From the human T2T-CHM13v2.0 reference genome, Homo sapiens, in assembly GCF_009914755.1 (NCBI RefSeq), contig NC_060943.1: a stretch of 64,000 nt of DNA, one strand, 5' to 3'. The notes beneath the pieces were generated by a model. It was not told where the DNA came from, searched no databases, and saw only the letters and a program-made list of their open reading frames with translations. Both the position numbers and the translations under genes were made by a program. How positions within the stretch are numbered: position 1 is the first letter of the stretch; each line of letters opens with the position of its first letter. Below are positions 1 through 12,800 of this stretch, piece after piece.

Positions 1-8
1 TTTGAGGT

Positions 9-25
9 CAATGGTAGAATAGGAA
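9..25 (+). promoter_or_regulatory. pJalpha-box-like site of the A-type monomer (representative; alternates with CENP-B boxes)
   Basis: CAATGGTAGAATAGGAA lies 171 bp before the CENP-B box at 180, at the homologous monomer position, and resembles the pJalpha motif CTAYGGTGRAAAAGGAA. Confidence 0.7.
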
Positions 26-179
26 ATATCTTCCTATAGAAACTAGACAGAATGATTCTCAGAAACTCCTTTGTGATGTGTGCGTTCAACTCACAGAGTT
101 TAACCTTTCTTTTCATAGAGCAGTTAGGAAACACTCTGTTTGTAAAGTCTGCACGTGGATATTTGGACTTCTTTGAGGC

Positions 180-196
180 CTTCGTTGGAAACGGGT
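180..196 (+). promoter_or_regulatory. CENP-B box (first in window; the site recurs about every 340 bp up to 63747-63763)
   Basis: CTTCGTTGGAAACGGGT keeps all 9 essential bases of NTTCGNNNNANNCGGGN. Confidence 0.95.
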
Positions 197-857
197 TTTT
201 TTCATGTAAGGCTAGACGGAGGAATTCTCAGTAACTTCCTTGTGTTGTGTGTATTCAACTGACAGAGTTGAACTTTCATTTAGAGAGAGGAGATTTGAAA
301 CACTGTTTTTGTGGAATTTGCAAGTTTAGATTTCAAGCGCTTTGGGGCCAAAGGCAGAAAAGGAAATATCTTCGTATAAAAACTAGACAGAATCATTCTC
401 AGAAACTGCTCTGTGATGTGTGCGTTCAACTCTCAGAGTTTAACTTTTCTTTTCATTCAGCAGTTTGGAAACACTCTGTTTGTAAAGTCTGCACGTGGAT
501 ATTTTGACCACTTAGAGGCCTTCGTTGGAAACGGGTTTTTTCATGTAAGACTAGACAGAAGAATTCCCAGTAACTTCCTTGTGTTGTGTGCATTCAACTC
601 ACAGAGATGAACGTTCCCTTAGACAGAGCAGATTTGAAACACTCTATTTGTGCAATTTGCAAGTGTAGATTTCAAGCGCTTTAAGGTCAATGGCAGAAAA
701 GGAAATATCTTCGTTTCAAAAGTAGACAGAATCATTCCCACAAACTGCGTTGTGATGTGTTCGTTCAACTCACAGAGTTTAACCTTTCTGTTCATAGAGC
801 AGTTAGGAAACACTCTGTTTGTAAAGTCTGTAAGTGGATATTCTGACATCTTGTGGC

Positions 858-874
858 CTTCGTTGGAAACGGGA
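858..874 (+). promoter_or_regulatory. Canonical CENP-B box (representative)
   Basis: Exact CTTCGTTGGAAACGGGA. Confidence 0.97.
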
Positions 875-3800
875 TTTCTTCATATTCTGCTAGACAGAAG
901 AATTCTCAGTAACTTCTTTGTGTTGTGTGTATTCAACTCACAGAGTTGAACGATCCTTTACACAGAGCAGACTTGAAACACTCTTTTTGTGGAATTTGCA
1001 AGTGGAGATTTCAGCCGCTTTGAGGTCAATGGTAGAATAGGAAATATCTTCCTATAGAAACTAGACAGAATGATTCTCAGAAACTCCTTTGTGATGTGTG
1101 CGTTCAACTCACAGAGTTTAACCTTTCTTTTCATAGAGCAGTTAGGAAACACTCTGTTTGTAAAGTCTGCACTTGGACATTTGGACTTCTTTGAGGCCTT
1201 CGTTGGAAACGGGTTTTTTCATGTAAGGCTAGACAGAAGAATTCTCAGTAACTTCCTTGTGTTGTGTGTATTCAACTCACAGAGTTGAACTTTCATTTAG
1301 AGAGAGCAGATTTGAAACACTGTTTTTGTGGAATTTCCAAGTGGAGATTTCAAGCGCTTTGGGGCCAAAGGCAGAAAAGGAAATATCTTCGTATAAAAAC
1401 TAGACAGAATCATTCTCAGAAACCGCTCTGTGATGTGTGCGTTCAACTCTCAGAGTTTAACTTTTCTTTTCATTCAGCAGTTTGGAAACACTCTGTTTGT
1501 AAAGTCTGCACGTGGATATTTTGAACACTTAGAGGCCTTCGTTGGAAACGGGTTTTTTTCATATAAGGCTAGACAGAAGAATTCCCAGTAACTTCCTTGT
1601 GTTGTGTGCATTCAACTCACAGAGATGAACGTTCCCTTAGACAGAGCAGATTTGAAACACTCTATTTGTGCAATTTGCAAGTGTAGATTTCAAGCGCTTT
1701 AAGGTCAATGGCAGAAAAGGAAATATCTTCGTTTCAAAACTAGACAGAATCATTCCCACAAACTGCGTTGTGATGTGTTCGTTCAACTCACAGAGTTTAA
1801 CCTTTCTGTTCATAGAGCAGTTAGGAAACACTCTGTTTGTAAAGTCTGTAAGTGGATATTCTGACATCTTGTGGCCTTCGTTGGAAACGGGATTTCTTCA
1901 TATTCTGCTAGACAGAAGAATTCTCAGTAACTTCTTTGTGTTGTGTGTATTCAACTCACAGAGTTGAACGATCCTTTACACAGAGCAGACTTGAAACACT
2001 CTTTTTGTGGAATTTGCAAGTGGAGATTTCAGCCGCTTTGAGGTCAATGGTAGAATAGGAAATATCTTCCTATAGAAACTAGACAGAATGATTCTCAGAA
2101 ACTCCTTTGTGATGTGTGCGTTCAACTCACAGAGTTTAACCTTTCTTTTCATAGAGCAGTTAGGAAACACTCTGTTTGTAAAGTCTGCAAGTGGATATTC
2201 AGAACTCTTTGAGGTCTTCGTTGGAAACGGGATTTCTTCATATTCTGCTAGACAGAAGAATTCTGAGTAACTTCCTTGTGTTGTGTGTATTCAACTCACA
2301 GAGTTCAACGATCCTTTACACAGAGCAGACTTGAAACACCCTTTTGTGGAATTTGCAAGTGGAGATTTCAGCCGCTTTGAGGTCAATTGTAGAAAACGAA
2401 ATATCTTCGTATAAAAATTAGACAGAATGATTCTCAGAAACTCCTTTGTGATGTGTGCATTCAACTCACAGAGTTTAACCATTCTTTTCATAGAGCAGTT
2501 AGGAAACACTCTGTTTGTAAAGACTGCAAGTGGATATTCAGACCTCCTTGAGGCCTTCGTTGGAAACGGGACTTCTTCATATTATGCTACACAGAAGAAT
2601 TCTCAGTAACTTCCTTGTGTTGTGTGTATTCAACTCACAGAGTTGAACGATCCTTTACACAGAACATACTTGAAACACTCTTTTTGTGGAATTTGCAAGT
2701 GGAGATTTCAGCCGCTTTGAGGTCAATGGTAGAATAGGAAATATCTTCCTATAGAAACTAGACAGAATGATTCTCAGAAACTCCTTTGTGATGTGTGCGT
2801 TCAACTCACAGAGTTTAACCTTTCTTTTCATAGAGCAGTTAGGAAACACTCTGGTTGTAAAGTCTGCAAGTGGATATTCAGACCTCTTTGAGGCCTTCGT
2901 TGGAAACGGGATTTCTTCATATTCTGCTAGACAGAACAATTCTCAGTAACTTCCTTGTGTTGTGTGTATTCAACTCACAGAGTTGAACGATCCTTTACAC
3001 AGAGCAGTCTTGAAACACTCTTTTTGTGGAATTTGCAAGTGGAGATTTCTGCCGCTTTGAGGTCAATGGTAGAATAGGAAATATCTTCCTATAGAAACTA
3101 GACAGAATGATTCTCAGAAACTCCTTTGTGATGTGGGCGTTCAACTCACAGAGTTTAACCTTTCTTTTCATAGAGCAGTTAGGAAACACTCTGTTTGTAA
3201 AGTCTGCAAGTGGATACTTGGACTTCTTTGAGGCCTTCGTTGGAAACGGGTTTTTTTCATGTAAGGCTAGACAGAAGAATTCTCAGTAACTTCCTTGTGT
3301 GGTGTGTATTCAACTGACAGAGTTGAACTTTCATTTAGAGAGAGCAGATTTGAAACACTGTTTTTGTGGAATTTGCAAGTGGAGATTTCAAGCGCTTTGG
3401 GGCCAAAGGCAGAAAAGGAAATATCTTCGTATAAAAACTAGACAGAATCATTCTCTGAAACTGCTCTGTGATGTGTGCGTTCAACTCTCAGAGTTTAACT
3501 TTTCTTTTCATTCAGCAGTTTGGAAACACTCTGTTTGTAAAGTCTGCACGTGGATATTTTGACTACTTAGAGGCCTTCGTTGGAAACGGGTTTTTTTCAT
3601 GTAAGGCTAGACAGAAGAATTCCCAGTAACTTCCTTGTGTTGTGTGCATTCAACTCACAGAGATGAACGTTCCCTTAGACAGAGCAGATTTGAAACACTC
3701 TATTTGTGCAATTTGCAAGTGTAGATTTCAAGCGCTTTAAGGTCAATGGCAGAAAAGGAAATATCTTCGTTTCAAAACTAGACAGAATCATTCCCACAAA

Positions 3801-6800
3801 CTGCGTTGTGATGTGTTCGTTCAACTCACAGAGATTAACCTTTCTGTTCATAGAGCAGTGAGGAAACACTCTGTTTGTAAAGTCTGTAAGTGGATATTCT
3901 GACATCTTGTGGCCTTCGTTGGAAACGGGATTTCTTCATATTCTGCTAGACAGAAGAATTCTCAGTAACTTCTTTGTGTTGTGTGTATTCAACTCACAGA
4001 GTTGAACGATCCTTTACACAGAGCAGACTTGAAACACTCTTTTTGTGGAATTTGCAAGTGGAGATTTCAGCCGCTTTGAGGTCAATGGTAGAATAGGAAA
4101 TATCTTCCTATAGAAACTAGACAGAATGATTCTCAAAAACTCCTTTGTGAGGTGTGCGTTCAACTCACAGAGTTTAACCTTTCTTTTCATAGAGCAGTTA
4201 GGAAACACTCTGTTTGTAAAGTCTGCACGTGGATATTTGGACTTCTTTGAGGCCTTCGTTGGAAACGGGTTTTTTTCATGTAAGGCTAGACAGAAGAATT
4301 CTCAGTAACTTCCTTGTGTTGTGTGTATTCAACTCACAGAGTTGAACTTTCATTTAGAGAGAGCAGATTTGAAACACTGTTTCTGTGGAATTTCCAAGTG
4401 GAGATTTCAAGCGCTTTGGGGCCAAAGGCAGAAAAGGAAATATCTTCGTATAAAAACTAGACAGAATCATTCTCAGAAACCGCTCTGTGATGTGTGCGTT
4501 CAACTCTCAGAGTTTAACCTTTCTTTTCATAGAGCAGTTAGGAAACACTCTGTTTGTAAAGTCTGCACGTGGATATTTTGACCACTTAGAGGCCTTCGTT
4601 GGAAACGGGTTTTTTTCATGTAAGGCTAGACAGAAGAATTCCCAGTAACTTCCTTGTGTTGTGTGCATTCAACTCACAGAGATGAACGTTCCCTTAGACA
4701 GAGCAGATTTGAAACACTCTATTTGTGCAATTTGCAAGTGTAGATTTCAAGCGCTTTAAGGTCAATGGCAGAAAAGGAAATATCTTCGTTTCAAAACTAG
4801 ACAGAATCATTCCCACAAACTGCGTTGTGATATGTTCGTTCAACTCACAGAGATTAACCTTTCTGTTCATAGAGCAGTGAGGAAACACTCTGTTTGTAAA
4901 GTCTGTAAGTGGATATTCTGACATCTTGTGGCCTTCGTTGGAAACGGGATTTCTTCATATTCTGCTAGACAGAAGAATTCTCAGTAACTTCTTTGTGTTG
5001 TGTGTATTCAACTCACAGAGTTGAACGATCCTTTACACAGAGCAGACTTGAAACACTCTTTTTGTGGAATTTGCAAGTGGAGATTTCAGCCGCTTTGAGG
5101 TCAATGGTAGAATAGGAAATATCTTCCTATAGAAACTAGACAGAATGATTCTCAGAAACTCCTTTGTGATGTGTGCGTTCAACTCACAGAGTTTAACCTT
5201 TCTTTTCATAGAGCAGTTAGGAAACACTCTGTTTGTAAAGTCTGCAAGTGGATATTAAGACCTCTTTGAGGCCTTCGTTGGAAACGGGATTTCTTCATAT
5301 TCTGCTAGACAGAAGAATTCTCAGTAACTTCCTTGTGTTGTGTGTATTCAACTCACAGAGTTCAACGATCCTTTACACAGAGCAGTCTTGAAACACTCTT
5401 TTTGTGGAATTTGCAAGTGGAGATTTCTGACGCTTTGAGGTCAATGGTAGAATAGGAAATATCTTCCTATAGAAACTAGACAGAATGATTCTCAGAAACT
5501 CCTTTGTGATGTGTGCGTTCAACTCACAGAGTTTAACCTTTCTTTTCATAGAGCAGTTAGGAAACACTCTGTTTGTAAAGTCTGCACGTGGATATTTGGA
5601 CTTCTTTGAGGCCTTCGTTGGAAACGGGTTTTTTTCATGTAAGGCTAGACGGAGGAATTCTCAGTAACTTCCTTGTGTTGTGTGTATTCAACTGACAGAG
5701 TTGAACTTTCATTTAGAGAGAGGAGATTTGAAACACTGTTTTTGTGGAATTTGCAAGTTTAGATTTCAAGCGCTTTGGGGCCAAAGGCAGAAAAGGAAAT
5801 ATCTTCGTATAAAAACTAGACAGAATCATTCTCAGAAACTGCTCTGTGATGTGTGCGTTCAACTCTCAGAGTTTAACTTTTCTTTTCATTCAGCAGTTTG
5901 GAAACACTCTGTTTGTAAAGTCTGCACGTGGATATTTTGACCACTTAGAGGCCTTCGTTGGAAACGGGTTTTTTCATGTAAGACTAGACAGAAGAATTCC
6001 CAGTAACTTCCTTGTGTTGTGTGCATTCAACTCACAGAGATGAACGTTCCCTTAGACAGAGCAGATTTGAAACACTCTATTTGTGCAATTTGCAAGTGTA
6101 GATTTCAAGCGCTTTAAGGTCAATGGCAGAAAAGGAAATATCTTCGTTTCAAAAGTAGACAGAATCATTCCCACAAACTGCGTTGTGATGTGTTCGTTCA
6201 ACTCACAGAGTTTAACCTTTCTGTTCATAGAGCAGTTAGGAAACACTCTGTTTGTAAAGTCTGTAAGTGGATATTCTGACATCTTGTGGCCTTCGTTGGA
6301 AACGGGATTTCTTCATATTCTGCTAGACAGAAGAATTCTCAGTAACTTCTTTGTGTTGTGTGTATTCAACTCACAGAGTTGAACGATCCTTTACACAGAG
6401 CAGACTTGAAACACTCTTTTTGTGGAATTTGCAAGTGGAGATTTCAGCCGCTTTGAGGTCAATGGTAGAATAGGAAATATCTTCCTATAGAAACTAGACA
6501 GAATGATTCTCAGAAACTCCTTTGTGATGTGTGCGTTCAACTCACAGAGTTTAACCTTTCTTTTCATAGAGCAGTTAGGAAACACTCTGTTTGTAAAGTC
6601 TGCACTTGGACATTTGGACTTCTTTGAGGCCTTCGTTGGAAACGGGTTTTTTCATGTAAGGCTAGACAGAAGAATTCTCAGTAACTTCCTTGTGTTGTGT
6701 GTATTCAACTCACAGAGTTGAACTTTCATTTAGAGAGAGCAGATTTGAAACACTGTTTTTGTGGAATTTCCAAGTGGAGATTTCAAGCGCTTTGGGGCCA

Positions 6801-9800
6801 AAGGCAGAAAAGGAAATATCTTCGTATAAAAACTAGACAGAATCATTCTCAGAAACCGCTCTGTGATGTGTGCGTTCAACTCTCAGAGTTTAACTTTTCT
6901 TTTCATTCAGCAGTTTGGAAACACTCTGTTTGTAAAGTCTGCACGTGGATATTTTGAACACTTAGAGGCCTTCGTTGGAAACGGGTTTTTTTCATATAAG
7001 GCTAGACAGAAGAATTCCCAGTAACTTCCTTGTGTTGTGTGCATTCAACTCACAGAGATGAACGTTCCCTTAGACAGAGCAGATTTGAAACACTCTATTT
7101 GTGCAATTTGCAAGTGTAGATTTCAAGCGCTTTAAGGTCAATGGCAGAAAAGGAAATATCTTCGTTTCAAAACTAGACAGAATCATTCCCACAAACTGCG
7201 TTGTGATGTGTTCGTTCAACTCACAGAGTTTAACCTTTCTGTTCATAGAGCAGTTAGGAAACACTCTGTTTGTAAAGTCTGTAAGTGGATATTCTGACAT
7301 CTTGTGGCCTTCGTTGGAAACGGGATTTCTTCATATTCTGCTAGACAGAAGAATTCTCAGTAACTTCTTTGTGTTGTGTGTATTCAACTCACAGAGTTGA
7401 ACGATCCTTTACACAGAGCAGACTTGAAACACTCTTTTTGTGGAATTTGCAAGTGGAGATTTCAGCCGCTTTGAGGTCAATGGTAGAATAGGAAATATCT
7501 TCCTATAGAAACTAGACAGAATGATTCTCAGAAACTCCTTTGTGATGTGTGCGTTCAACTCACAGAGTTTAACCTTTCTTTTCATAGAGCAGTTAGGAAA
7601 CACTCTGTTTGTAAAGTCTGCAAGTGGATATTCAGAACTCTTTGAGGTCTTCGTTGGAAACGGGATTTCTTCATATTCTGCTAGACAGAAGAATTCTGAG
7701 TAACTTCCTTGTGTTGTGTGTATTCAACTCACAGAGTTCAACGATCCTTTACACAGAGCAGACTTGAAACACCCTTTTGTGGAATTTGCAAGTGGAGATT
7801 TCAGCCGCTTTGAGGTCAATTGTAGAAAACGAAATATCTTCGTATAAAAATTAGACAGAATGATTCTCAGAAACTCCTTTGTGATGTGTGCATTCAACTC
7901 ACAGAGTTTAACCATTCTTTTCATAGAGCAGTTAGGAAACACTCTGTTTGTAAAGACTGCAAGTGGATATTCAGACCTCCTTGAGGCCTTCGTTGGAAAC
8001 GGGACTTCTTCATATTATGCTACACAGAAGAATTCTCAGTAACTTCCTTGTGTTGTGTGTATTCAACTCACAGAGTTGAACGATCCTTTACACAGAACAT
8101 ACTTGAAACACTCTTTTTGTGGAATTTGCAAGTGGAGATTTCAGCCGCTTTGAGGTCAATGGTAGAATAGGAAATATCTTCCTATAGAAACTAGACAGAA
8201 TGATTCTCAGAAACTCCTTTGTGATGTGTGCGTTCAACTCACAGAGTTTAACCTTTCTTTTCATAGAGCAGTTAGGAAACACTCTGGTTGTAAAGTCTGC
8301 AAGTGGATATTCAGACCTCTTTGAGGCCTTCGTTGGAAACGGGATTTCTTCATATTCTGCTAGACAGAACAATTCTCAGTAACTTCCTTGTGTTGTGTGT
8401 ATTCAACTCACAGAGTTGAACGATCCTTTACACAGAGCAGTCTTGAAACACTCTTTTTGTGGAATTTGCAAGTGGAGATTTCTGCCGCTTTGAGGTCAAT
8501 GGTAGAATAGGAAATATCTTCCTATAGAAACTAGACAGAATGATTCTCAGAAACTCCTTTGTGATGTGGGCGTTCAACTCACAGAGTTTAACCTTTCTTT
8601 TCATAGAGCAGTTAGGAAACACTCTGTTTGTAAAGTCTGCAAGTGGATACTTGGACTTCTTTGAGGCCTTCGTTGGAAACGGGTTTTTTTCATGTAAGGC
8701 TAGACAGAAGAATTCTCAGTAACTTCCTTGTGTGGTGTGTATTCAACTGACAGAGTTGAACTTTCATTTAGAGAGAGCAGATTTGAAACACTGTTTTTGT
8801 GGAATTTGCAAGTGGAGATTTCAAGCGCTTTGGGGCCAAAGGCAGAAAAGGAAATATCTTCGTATAAAAACTAGACAGAATCATTCTCTGAAACTGCTCT
8901 GTGATGTGTGCGTTCAACTCTCAGAGTTTAACTTTTCTTTTCATTCAGCAGTTTGGAAACACTCTGTTTGTAAAGTCTGCACGTGGATATTTTGACTACT
9001 TAGAGGCCTTCGTTGGAAACGGGTTTTTTTCATGTAAGGCTAGACAGAAGAATTCCCAGTAACTTCCTTGTGTTGTGTGCATTCAACTCACAGAGATGAA
9101 CGTTCCCTTAGACAGAGCAGATTTGAAACACTCTATTTGTGCAATTTGCAAGTGTAGATTTCAAGCGCTTTAAGGTCAATGGCAGAAAAGGAAATATCTT
9201 CGTTTCAAAACTAGACAGAATCATTCCCACAAACTGCGTTGTGATGTGTTCGTTCAACTCACAGAGATTAACCTTTCTGTTCATAGAGCAGTGAGGAAAC
9301 ACTCTGTTTGTAAAGTCTGTAAGTGGATATTCTGACATCTTGTGGCCTTCGTTGGAAACGGGATTTCTTCATATTCTGCTAGACAGAAGAATTCTCAGTA
9401 ACTTCTTTGTGTTGTGTGTATTCAACTCACAGAGTTGAACGATCCTTTACACAGAGCAGACTTGAAACACTCTTTTTGTGGAATTTGCAAGTGGAGATTT
9501 CAGCCGCTTTGAGGTCAATGGTAGAATAGGAAATATCTTCCTATAGAAACTAGACAGAATGATTCTCAAAAACTCCTTTGTGAGGTGTGCGTTCAACTCA
9601 CAGAGTTTAACCTTTCTTTTCATAGAGCAGTTAGGAAACACTCTGTTTGTAAAGTCTGCACGTGGATATTTGGACTTCTTTGAGGCCTTCGTTGGAAACG
9701 GGTTTTTTTCATGTAAGGCTAGACAGAAGAATTCTCAGTAACTTCCTTGTGTTGTGTGTATTCAACTCACAGAGTTGAACTTTCATTTAGAGAGAGCAGA

Positions 9801-12800
9801 TTTGAAACACTGTTTCTGTGGAATTTCCAAGTGGAGATTTCAAGCGCTTTGGGGCCAAAGGCAGAAAAGGAAATATCTTCGTATAAAAACTAGACAGAAT
9901 CATTCTCAGAAACCGCTCTGTGATGTGTGCGTTCAACTCTCAGAGTTTAACCTTTCTTTTCATAGAGCAGTTAGGAAACACTCTGTTTGTAAAGTCTGCA
10001 CGTGGATATTTTGACCACTTAGAGGCCTTCGTTGGAAACGGGTTTTTTTCATGTAAGGCTAGACAGAAGAATTCCCAGTAACTTCCTTGTGTTGTGTGCA
10101 TTCAACTCACAGAGATGAACGTTCCCTTAGACAGAGCAGATTTGAAACACTCTATTTGTGCAATTTGCAAGTGTAGATTTCAAGCGCTTTAAGGTCAATG
10201 GCAGAAAAGGAAATATCTTCGTTTCAAAACTAGACAGAATCATTCCCACAAACTGCGTTGTGATATGTTCGTTCAACTCACAGAGATTAACCTTTCTGTT
10301 CATAGAGCAGTGAGGAAACACTCTGTTTGTAAAGTCTGTAAGTGGATATTCTGACATCTTGTGGCCTTCGTTGGAAACGGGATTTCTTCATATTCTGCTA
10401 GACAGAAGAATTCTCAGTAACTTCTTTGTGTTGTGTGTATTCAACTCACAGAGTTGAACGATCCTTTACACAGAGCAGACTTGAAACACTCTTTTTGTGG
10501 AATTTGCAAGTGGAGATTTCAGCCGCTTTGAGGTCAATGGTAGAATAGGAAATATCTTCCTATAGAAACTAGACAGAATGATTCTCAGAAACTCCTTTGT
10601 GATGTGTGCGTTCAACTCACAGAGTTTAACCTTTCTTTTCATAGAGCAGTTAGGAAACACTCTGTTTGTAAAGTCTGCAAGTGGATATTAAGACCTCTTT
10701 GAGGCCTTCGTTGGAAACGGGATTTCTTCATATTCTGCTAGACAGAAGAATTCTCAGTAACTTCCTTGTGTTGTGTGTATTCAACTCACAGAGTTCAACG
10801 ATCCTTTACACAGAGCAGTCTTGAAACACTCTTTTTGTGGAATTTGCAAGTGGAGATTTCTGACGCTTTGAGGTCAATGGTAGAATAGGAAATATCTTCC
10901 TATAGAAACTAGACAGAATGATTCTCAGAAACTCCTTTGTGATGTGTGCGTTCAACTCACAGAGTTTAACCTTTCTTTTCATAGAGCAGTTAGGAAACAC
11001 TCTGTTTGTAAAGTCTGCACGTGGATATTTGGACTTCTTTGAGGCCTTCGTTGGAAACGGGTTTTTTTCATGTAAGGCTAGACGGAGGAATTCTCAGTAA
11101 CTTCCTTGTGTTGTGTGTATTCAACTGACAGAGTTGAACTTTCATTTAGAGAGAGGAGATTTGAAACACTGTTTTTGTGGAATTTGCAAGTTTAGATTTC
11201 AAGCGCTTTGGGGCCAAAGGCAGAAAAGGAAATATCTTCGTATAAAAACTAGACAGAATCATTCTCAGAAACTGCTCTGTGATGTGTGCGTTCAACTCTC
11301 AGAGTTTAACTTTTCTTTTCATTCAGCAGTTTGGAAACACTCTGTTTGTAAAGTCTGCACGTGGATATTTTGACCACTTAGAGGCCTTCGTTGGAAACGG
11401 GTTTTTTCATGTAAGACTAGACAGAAGAATTCCCAGTAACTTCCTTGTGTTGTGTGCATTCAACTCACAGAGATGAACGTTCCCTTAGACAGAGCAGATT
11501 TGAAACACTCTATTTGTGCAATTTGCAAGTGTAGATTTCAAGCGCTTTAAGGTCAATGGCAGAAAAGGAAATATCTTCGTTTCAAAAGTAGACAGAATCA
11601 TTCCCACAAACTGCGTTGTGATGTGTTCGTTCAACTCACAGAGTTTAACCTTTCTGTTCATAGAGCAGTTAGGAAACACTCTGTTTGTAAAGTCTGTAAG
11701 TGGATATTCTGACATCTTGTGGCCTTCGTTGGAAACGGGATTTCTTCATATTCTGCTAGACAGAAGAATTCTCAGTAACTTCTTTGTGTTGTGTGTATTC
11801 AACTCACAGAGTTGAACGATCCTTTACACAGAGCAGACTTGAAACACTCTTTTTGTGGAATTTGCAAGTGGAGATTTCAGCCGCTTTGAGGTCAATGGTA
11901 GAATAGGAAATATCTTCCTATAGAAACTAGACAGAATGATTCTCAGAAACTCCTTTGTGATGTGTGCGTTCAACTCACAGAGTTTAACCTTTCTTTTCAT
12001 AGAGCAGTTAGGAAACACTCTGTTTGTAAAGTCTGCACTTGGACATTTGGACTTCTTTGAGGCCTTCGTTGGAAACGGGTTTTTTCATGTAAGGCTAGAC
12101 AGAAGAATTCTCAGTAACTTCCTTGTGTTGTGTGTATTCAACTCACAGAGTTGAACTTTCATTTAGAGAGAGCAGATTTGAAACACTGTTTTTGTGGAAT
12201 TTCCAAGTGGAGATTTCAAGCGCTTTGGGGCCAAAGGCAGAAAAGGAAATATCTTCGTATAAAAACTAGACAGAATCATTCTCAGAAACCGCTCTGTGAT
12301 GTGTGCGTTCAACTCTCAGAGTTTAACTTTTCTTTTCATTCAGCAGTTTGGAAACACTCTGTTTGTAAAGTCTGCACGTGGATATTTTGAACACTTAGAG
12401 GCCTTCGTTGGAAACGGGTTTTTTTCATATAAGGCTAGACAGAAGAATTCCCAGTAACTTCCTTGTGTTGTGTGCATTCAACTCACAGAGATGAACGTTC
12501 CCTTAGACAGAGCAGATTTGAAACACTCTATTTGTGCAATTTGCAAGTGTAGATTTCAAGCGCTTTAAGGTCAATGGCAGAAAAGGAAATATCTTCGTTT
12601 CAAAACTAGACAGAATCATTCCCACAAACTGCGTTGTGATGTGTTCGTTCAACTCACAGAGTTTAACCTTTCTGTTCATAGAGCAGTTAGGAAACACTCT
12701 GTTTGTAAAGTCTGTAAGTGGATATTCTGACATCTTGTGGCCTTCGTTGGAAACGGGATTTCTTCATATTCTGCTAGACAGAAGAATTCTCAGTAACTTC

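Noticed and set aside
17-40. Imperfect palindrome ATAGGAAATATCTTCCTAT in many dimers (hairpin or terminator-like)
   Set aside because: It is an intrinsic short dyad of this monomer variant. Dyads are known in alpha satellite and nothing here shows function.
151-157. E-box CACGTG in A and B dimers
   Set aside because: A 6 bp motif multiplied by repeat amplification, with no evidence of regulatory use.
193-203. Variable T-run after the box (GGG followed by T6-T8)
   Set aside because: Ordinary homopolymer slippage or sequencing error. It only explains the 1018/1019/1020 bp unit lengths.
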